From Nitrospirales bacterium (GTDB lineage Bacteria; Nitrospirota; Nitrospiria; Nitrospirales; UBA8639), in NCBI GenBank assembly GCA_965203295.1, contig CBDBCZ010000019.1, positions 448,001-512,000 on the forward strand: 64,000 bases of DNA, read 5' to 3'. Position numbers and translations under genes: made by a program. This document shows, piece by piece, positions 57,583 through 64,000 of the stretch (the first letter of the stretch is position 1; every line of letters starts with the position of its first letter). The notes under the pieces are model-generated. The model searched no databases. It was not told the origin of the DNA and saw only the letters and a list, made by a program, of their open reading frames with translations.

Positions 57583-59073
57583 TTGCTCATGTTAGAAGTC
57601 AGAGAGCCCGCGAAATGCGACTGGAATTCTGAGACTCAGAATTCTTTAAGTGATCCCATAGGACGAATATTTATAGACGTCACAGTCACAGCTATACATG
57701 TAGGAAACAGTGGGATACAGCGGGTTGTCAGAAATACTGTTCGTCACTATCAGGGAGTCTCTGAAAAATACAAGATTGAATGTAAAACTGTAATTTGGAA
57801 GGGCAATGGTTTTGTTGCTGTGCAGAAGATACAGTTCAGGAAATCATCTGAAGATCCAAATACTCCAAAGAGTTTCAGCTTTATTCGCGCTACCCTGGAA
57901 TTATTCGACCCGTTGGTCAGAGTCGCGAGGCTTGGACTTAGAGCACTTGACAGATTGCAGTGTACGCTTGAAAAGCGTATGGAGAGGAAACGTGACACGC
58001 TTACGATGATCATGCACCGTTGTCTGAAGGTATTCAGTTCCTCACTACGAAGGTCCAAGTTGATTCTGAAAAATTACATTCTTTATCCGAAGCTGTTTCT
58101 TCAAAAGAGCCTGAAAATGCAAACGGGCGATCTCCTTCTTCTGCTTGATTCTTCGTGGGACGTGCCTTTTTGGCGTGATGTCGGTAAGGCCAAAGCTAAC
58201 GGTGCCAAGATCGCATTTGTTTTATATGACCTTATACCGATTAATGCACCGCGATTTTGTGTTCCTGAGTATGTTCGTTGTTTTTCAGAATGGCTGACAA
58301 AGGTAATCGAAGTGGCTGACTACTGCGTTGCAATCTCAGAGTCAGCGAAAGAGGAGTTTAGACAATACCTAGAACGCCATGCCTCCACGTATCGTAGAGG
58401 CGATCCTCTAAAGTTGGGATCTTTCCGGTTAGGTGCAGACTTAGATCTCAACACGGAGAATGAAGGTATACGAAACAATGTGAGAGATATCTTGGACAGC
58501 TTTGAGCGGTGCAGGCCGTACGTCGTGGTCTCTACAATTGAACCTCGGAAGAATCATGGGTATCTCTTGGACGCGTTTGAACTGGTGTGGTCTGCAGGAA
58601 TAGAGGCCAAACTTTATGTTATCGGAAAAATTGGATGGCTTTGCGATGAAATTGTAGAACGGATACAGGCACACCCACTCTGGCAGAAGTCGCTCTTCAT
58701 GCTCAATGACGTGAACGACAGTGAGTTGCAGTTTGTCTATCGTCATGCCAAGGCGTTGATTTGTCCATCAGTGTACGAAGGGTTTGGACTACCCATTGTC
58801 GAAGCCCTGAACCAGAAACTGCTTGTTTTGGCTAGCGATATCCCAGTTCACAGAGAAGTCGGACGAAACTGTTGCCTTTATTTTAGCCTCGAATCTCCTG
58901 AAAATTTAGCTAAACTGGTTATAGATTTAGAGTCTCAAGGCCAACTTCCCTCGCACGCCTCCTCCGATGATTTCCATTGTTTGACGTGGGAGCAGAGCTG
59001 CGCAGAGCTCTTCGAGAAAATCATCGTTCTGACGAATGATGAACGCGAAACAGTCACTGGCCTAAGAAAATGA
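57583..59073 (+). CDS. GT4 glycosyltransferase (mannosyl/rhamnosyltransferase-like)
   Basis: SGIQRVVR, YDLIP, TIEPRKNH, YEGFGLPIVEA, SDIPVHREV. Confidence 0.88.
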   Translation: MLMLEVREPAKCDWNSETQNSLSDPIGRIFIDVTVTAIHVGNSGIQRVVRNTVRHYQGVSEKYKIECKTVIWKGNGFVAVQKIQFRKSSEDPNTPKSFSFIRATLELFDPLVRVARLGLRALDRLQCTLEKRMERKRDTLTMIMHRCLKVFSSSLRRSKLILKNYILYPKLFLQKSLKMQTGDLLLLLDSSWDVPFWRDVGKAKANGAKIAFVLYDLIPINAPRFCVPEYVRCFSEWLTKVIEVADYCVAISESAKEEFRQYLERHASTYRRGDPLKLGSFRLGADLDLNTENEGIRNNVRDILDSFERCRPYVVVSTIEPRKNHGYLLDAFELVWSAGIEAKLYVIGKIGWLCDEIVERIQAHPLWQKSLFMLNDVNDSELQFVYRHAKALICPSVYEGFGLPIVEALNQKLLVLASDIPVHREVGRNCCLYFSLESPENLAKLVIDLESQGQLPSHASSDDFHCLTWEQSCAELFEKIIVLTNDERETVTGLRK

Positions 59074-59199
59074 GGAAAGATTCGTCGCCGTGATAGATCT
59101 TTGATGCCCCGAGTTCTCAAATCCCCCAGTTTCCCCACTTCTTCCTCCTTCTTTACTGCCGATCTGCCGACGATAGCGAAAGATCATTTGTCACAATCG

Positions 59200-59420
59200 T
59201 CACTCTGTTTTCTATTGCTGATCCCCAATCCCTCAAGATCTTGGAACGGTATCTGCATAAGGATTCCAGAATTCTGGTGATTGATCGTAGTTCCAATCGA
59301 GGTCTGAACGCTGCGAGGAATGGCGATTATGAAGTAGCCAGTACGTCGTTGCTAAGAGATCCTTGCCATCGCCAAAGGATGGGAAAGACCGCAAAGAGGC
59401 GTGTCGAACTTGCTTTTGAT
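59200..59420 (+). pseudogene. GT2 glycosyltransferase remnant
   Basis: SLKILERYLHKDSRILVIDRSSNRGLNAARN. Confidence 0.45.
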
Positions 59421-59802
59421 TAGAAGACATCATTGAACGTAAGATTGGTTTTCTGAGGGTAGCAGATATACATGATTAGCTTGCGGCGTTCCCTGAACGG
59501 GAGCGATGTCTGGAAATCTTCTGAACATTTGTTCGCGATACAGATCCACACGCTTGTTCACGCGAAATGGACTGTCTCGCCTCTGATTGAGAAACATATG
59601 ATTCGAACGAGTTTCATTGTCCTTCTGACCCATGTCTAGGTATTCTCTGTAAGGACAATCCGATAGACTGGGACCATTTGAGGAAGGAAGATTTTGCTTC
59701 TGAAGAAGTCGAGAGTGACAGAGTGGGTAGCTTCACTTTTTTCATGCCACAGGCCGGGTGAGTTTCTGACATAATGCCTTGGCAAGGGAAAGAGGACATG
59801 CC

Positions 59803-60310
59803 ATGAAATGGAAACGGTTTTCCGTGGAGCAAATCGTGGCCGTACTGAAACAAGAGGAGCTTGGGACGCCGGTGACCGACTTGATCCGCAAGGTCGGCGT
59901 GGCGGAATAGCCCTTTTATCGATGGAAGAAACCATTAAGGGGTTGGAGTCTGATCAAGTGAGGGAACTGAAACAACTCCAAGAGGAAAACACACAGCTGA
60001 AACGCGTGGTGGCTGACCTCACCATAAAGAGACGCTCCAGGATATGCTCGCAAAAAAGTTCTGAAGCCCTCGCGAAAACGTCCGACGGTTACATCCCTCT
60101 GTCATAGCTATCGAGTCAGTTAATGCCGGACGTGTCGGACGATCCAGTTGCCCGAGCGACGTATCAGTATCGGAGTCGATGGGATCCACGTACGGCCCTG
60201 CGCCAACGCATGCGGGAGCTCACTCAGAACAAGGTGCGCTATGGCTATCGCACGATGACGGTCTTACTCAATCGCGAAGGCTGGGGTGTCGGGAAAAAAT
60301 TGATTTACCG
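59803..60310 (+). mobile_element. IS3-family remnant (orfA and start of orfB), heavily degraded
   Basis: MKWKRFSVEQIVAVLKQ..*..FYRWKK; RELKQLQEENTQLKRVVADL; RYGYRTMTVLLNREGW. Confidence 0.8.
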
Positions 60311-60355
60311 CAATACTGCGAACCAAGCGATAATTCACTCCATAACGATTAAGGA

Positions 60356-60517
60356 AATCGGTTGTCATAGATAAGCCTAAAGGGTGCACCATTTTGTCAA
60401 GGTCTGAAGTTATTGTTTTAGTGAACTACAGTTGAACCAAAACTCACATTAACTTACATTACAGACTCATCGGAGCATCATAGATGATTCATTCATCTAC
60501 ATCAGCTCCTTGAATTA
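60356..60517 (+). repeat. About 160-bp diverged direct repeat, copy 1
   Basis: Shares TAAGCCTAAAG, TCAAGGTCTG, ACATTACAGACTCATCGGA and TAGATGATTCA with 63722-63878. Confidence 0.7.
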
Positions 60518-60572
60518 CTCAAAAGTTATTTTGGACAAGGGTGAGATAGGATAGAGAATTCAGTAAACTGTC

Positions 60573-62454
60573 ATGCCGCAAGCGGCAGGGTATTTGGCAG
60601 GAGGCTTCATGAAGAAGATAAAAGACATTTGCCTGAGGTTTCTCAAAAAGGATGTTCAACCCCAAGCTCGTACAGCCCTGTCAGGAGATGAATCTCCAAT
60701 GCAGATTGAGGTAGTCACTGACTTGCAGCTGTTCTTTCATATAAGGCAGGTTTGGGAGCATCTTGGTGAAACTGAACCATATTGGTCTGTGGTGACACAT
60801 GAGAAATTCAAACGTTTTAATATTCAAGAAACTCGAACTGCGTTTTATCAAACTGACCCAAAACCCAAAAACTGGGCCATCAGAAAGTTGAGAACCGGCG
60901 TGCCGGCGTGGTCTCCTAGGACAACACAAGGAGGACACGAGCATGGGCAAGAAACGGTTTACGGACGAGCAGATTGTCTACGCCTTACGCCAAGCCGAGG
61001 GTGGCGAAAAGGTGGGGGAAATTTGCCGGCAGCTGGGCATCAGTGAGCAGACATATTACACCTGGAAGCGCAAGTATGCGGGGTTGGGACTCAGCGAACT
61101 GCGCGAATTGCGACAATTGCGACAATTGCGCGAGGAGAATACTAAGCTGAAACGGCTGGTCGCCGATCTGTCCTTGGATCGGCATATGTTGCAGGAGATT
61201 GTGCGAAAAAAGCTGCAAAGCCTCGACACCGGTGCGAGTTGGCCCGCTGGGCTCAAACCGTCTATGCGATCAGCGAACGCCGAGCGTCGAGACTGATTCC
61301 AATCCCCAGAGCGTCCTTGCAATATCACAGTCGGCGCGATCCACAAGACGGGTTACGGATGCGTCTCCGAGAACTGGCGGCCAGTCGCGTCCGGTTCGGG
61401 TATCGCCGGTTAACCGTGATGCTGAGACGAGAAGGGTAGAGAGTGAATGCCAAGCGAATTTATCGGCTCTATACGCAGGAGGGGTTAACCGTGCGGACCA
61501 AGACCCGGATCAAGCGAGCCAGCCGATCACGCGGCAAACAAGAGCCGGCAACGGCGCCGAATGAGCGATGGAGCATGGACTTCGTCAGTGAGCGACTGGC
61601 GGATGGCCGATGGTTTCGCGTACTGACGGTCATCGACCAATATACCCGCGAGTGCTTGTTGCTGTTGGCTGACCGGTCCTTGACGGGCGAGAAAGTCGCA
61701 GCAGGCTTAGACGGCGTGGTTCGTCAACGGCAAGTCCCGAAGTCGATTACGGTCGACAATGGGAGCGAATTTGTGAGTCGAGCGATGGAGGCCTGGGCTT
61801 ATCAACATGACAGCCAGTTAGATTTCATTCGGCCGGGAAAGCCCGTGGGAAACGGGTTCATTGAGAGCTTCAATGGACGCTTGCGCGATGAGTGTTTGAA
61901 CGTGGAGGTCTTTTTCACGCTCGACGATGTGCAGGAGAAATTGGAAGCATGATTATAACCTGGAAAGACCGCATAGTGTGCTCAAGGATCAAGCCACAGC
62001 CGTCTTTGCGGCGAGCTGGGGAACAGCGAATAGGACGCAAGAAGACACAACCAAATTGCTAGAGAGAGTCACTTGAGCTATGTTAGTTCGAGATGGCTAG
62101 GAAAACAGGACACTTCGACCATGCCAACGTCGAAATTTTCAAGGGCTGAACGGCCTGGTGGCACGGGGCGGGTCAGTCTGATTACTCAGAGCAATGATTA
62201 TGGCCTTGAATACTGGCGGCATCGCTTTTTTTCAAGTACCCACATATCGAGAAGGATATACCTTTCTATTGAAGGAGTATCTGAACGGCGAAGCAACTTG
62301 GAGCGCGATGGAAATGCATGTGTTGCCGCAGGTCACGATACTTGAGATTATAAGAGAGGAAGGTGATAGAGTGATTGAAATTCTTGAGGATGGATGGACT
62401 GGATGGAGACAGAGAGAAAGATCAAATACCTTTGTCATACAAAAAATGTCGTAA
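60573..62454 (+). pseudogene. SAM methyltransferase split by IS3, with its central part deleted
   Basis: N-terminus WEHLGETEPYWSVV..FYQT; C-terminus GGIAFFQVPTY..MEMHVLPQ; no motif I between them. Confidence 0.6.
60854..62175 (+). mobile_element. IS3-family (IS407-like) element, inactive
   Basis: TGACCC..GGGTCA ends; orfA 60943; A6G frameshift window near 61205; WSMDF, VDNGSEF, IESFNGRLRDE; stops at 61437 and 61950. Confidence 0.88.
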
Positions 62455-62492
62455 GTCGCCCAGCTCTTATTGCAGCCGACCACCTTCTAGGG

Positions 62493-63722
62493 ATGAGAGT
62501 CGCGATATTGCATGATGATTTCTCCATTTGGGGCGGAGGAGAAAAACTAATAGGTCTTCTAGCAAGTGGTTTGCAAAATAGAGGGTGTGAAGTTGACATA
62601 TATACTTAGGACCTATCAAATGAAACCAAGAGAATTATACCACGTAATATTTGCATCCATACACTCAAGGATCCATCAATCACTAACAATGAACCTGCTA
62701 TCCAACGATATTTGTTTGCAACATCAACATTAATCAAGCATTATAATGTTTATTTATTCTCTGGCCATTCCTCCCTTTGTGCTGCAAAGCATTTCAACCC
62801 AAACATACTCTACTGCCATAACATTCCAAAATCAGAATCAATCGTCGGAAGGCTCAACAAAGACGATGTCCAGAGTCATGTGAGAGCATTCAACAATTCT
62901 TGGTTTGAGCGTTTTTGGGAAAAAGCATACAGTCTCAAATACAAAATAATAAAAACAAAAGTTATTGCACAGAAGATCGATGCAATCAGATTCTTATCAG
63001 TAAATGGATCACTCATCAGGAATTTTAGATATCTCAATTATAAATTCACCTATAAACATAACTATGCACATATCAATATGATTCTAACCAATAGTCAGAA
63101 CACCAAGGATAAGATCAAGAAAACCTACAACCTCGATTCACACGTTGTCTATCCACCAATTGATACGTCTCAATTCCAAAACAAAGAAGCAAAGAACTAT
63201 TGGGTATCGATAAATCGGATCACTCCATTAAAGAGAATTGAATTACAACTCAGAGCCTTTGCAAGTCTACCTACAGAAAATCTCAAGATCATTGGCCACA
63301 TTCAAAACAGAACCTACTTTGATGAACTTAAAACCATCTGTTCACCTAATGTAGAATTTTTAGGAATAATTGAGGAACAAGTTATGATAAACCTACTTGC
63401 CGAAAGTAAAGGCCTTCTCTTTACAGCCCAAGACGAAGATTTTGGCATGTCTCCAGTCGAAGCCATGGCTGCAGGAAAACCTGTCATCGCTCCAAATGAA
63501 GGAGGCTGCAAAGAGACCATTATCGACAAAGAGACAGGGATATTGCTCGATGATATTGATTCAGATAAGATTGTTCGAGTAATCAAGAAGCTATCTCAAC
63601 GATTAGACATCGATCCAGGCATCTTTGTAACGACATGTCAAGAACAAGCAAGAAGATTTGATATCAAGATATTCATCGATCAGGTTGAACACCACATCAA
63701 ACAGATGGTATCAAAAAAATGA
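62493..63722 (+). pseudogene. GT4 glycosyltransferase with in-frame TAG at 62607-62609
   Basis: MRVAILHD..GGGEK in the same frame as the 62712 ORF (EDFGMSPVEAM); AT-rich. Confidence 0.72.
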
Positions 63723-63878
63723 ATGGGCTTTCGTAGGTAAGCCTAAAGATTCCACCATTTCCTTTTCTCAAGGTCTGCGGTTGTTTGGGGGACCTATGGT
63801 TGCACCGAAACTCACATTACAGACTCATCGGACTATCGTAGATGATTCACTAAACTACGACAGCCCCTAAAAGAATTA
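63722..63878 (+). repeat. About 160-bp diverged direct repeat, copy 2
   Basis: Homologous to 60356-60517. Confidence 0.7.
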
Positions 63879-63939
63879 GTTAAGCCTAGAAGAACCATAG
63901 TAATATTCTGAATCCAATGTTTTTCGTCTTATCAATACT

Positions 63940-64000
63940 TTGACCCGCCCCGAAAAAAACGCTGCGGTACCGCGAGCGTGACGAGCTCGCACGCAGCCGG
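63940..64000 (+). mobile_element. IS fragment at the window edge (IS630-like KKTLRYRERD)
   Basis: Resembles KKTLRYAERD of the 53.6-54.5 kb IS630. TGACCCGCCCCG also equals the IS3 right terminus, so the call is ambiguous. Confidence 0.45.

Overview
Bacterial chromosome segment, most likely from the Nitrospirales: the 16S carries a perfect Ntspa662 probe site, AGAGGAGCGCGGAATTCC, at 37799-37816. In order, the window holds: the 5' part of a heavy-metal RND adaptor gene, preceded by a His-rich ORF and a sigma54 promoter; decaying hydrogenase-maturation genes (hypC, broken hypD, hypE); two near-identical IS1380 remnants; apaH, tRNA-Gln, a TrmH gene and hemL; an argD-argF-argG-argH-lipoprotein-radical SAM-lysA-dapA-dapB run; gpmA and an Mrp/PCP_red pair; a low-GC frameshifted DUF4062/helical-repeat gene bracketed by inverted composite repeats; maf, dus, a LOG pseudogene, DHH and rhomboid genes; a complete rRNA operon (16S-tRNA-Ile-tRNA-Ala-23S-5S); and an ABC-transporter-dependent polysaccharide cluster (gmd, wzm, wzt, methyltransferases, glycosyltransferases) with many IS630/IS3 remnants and pseudogenes. 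The top observations are: (1) a 290-nt, apparently intact, endonuclease-less group I intron in the 23S gene at E. coli position 1917; (2) a candidate metal-sensing ribosome-arrest leader (His-rich, RPPP tail) under sigma54 control; (3) a recurring H[DE]WSG beta-sandwich module fused to four different proteins of the glycan cluster; (4) several non-coding repeat families; and (5) widespread gene decay. All family calls come from reading motifs by eye; no database searches were run.
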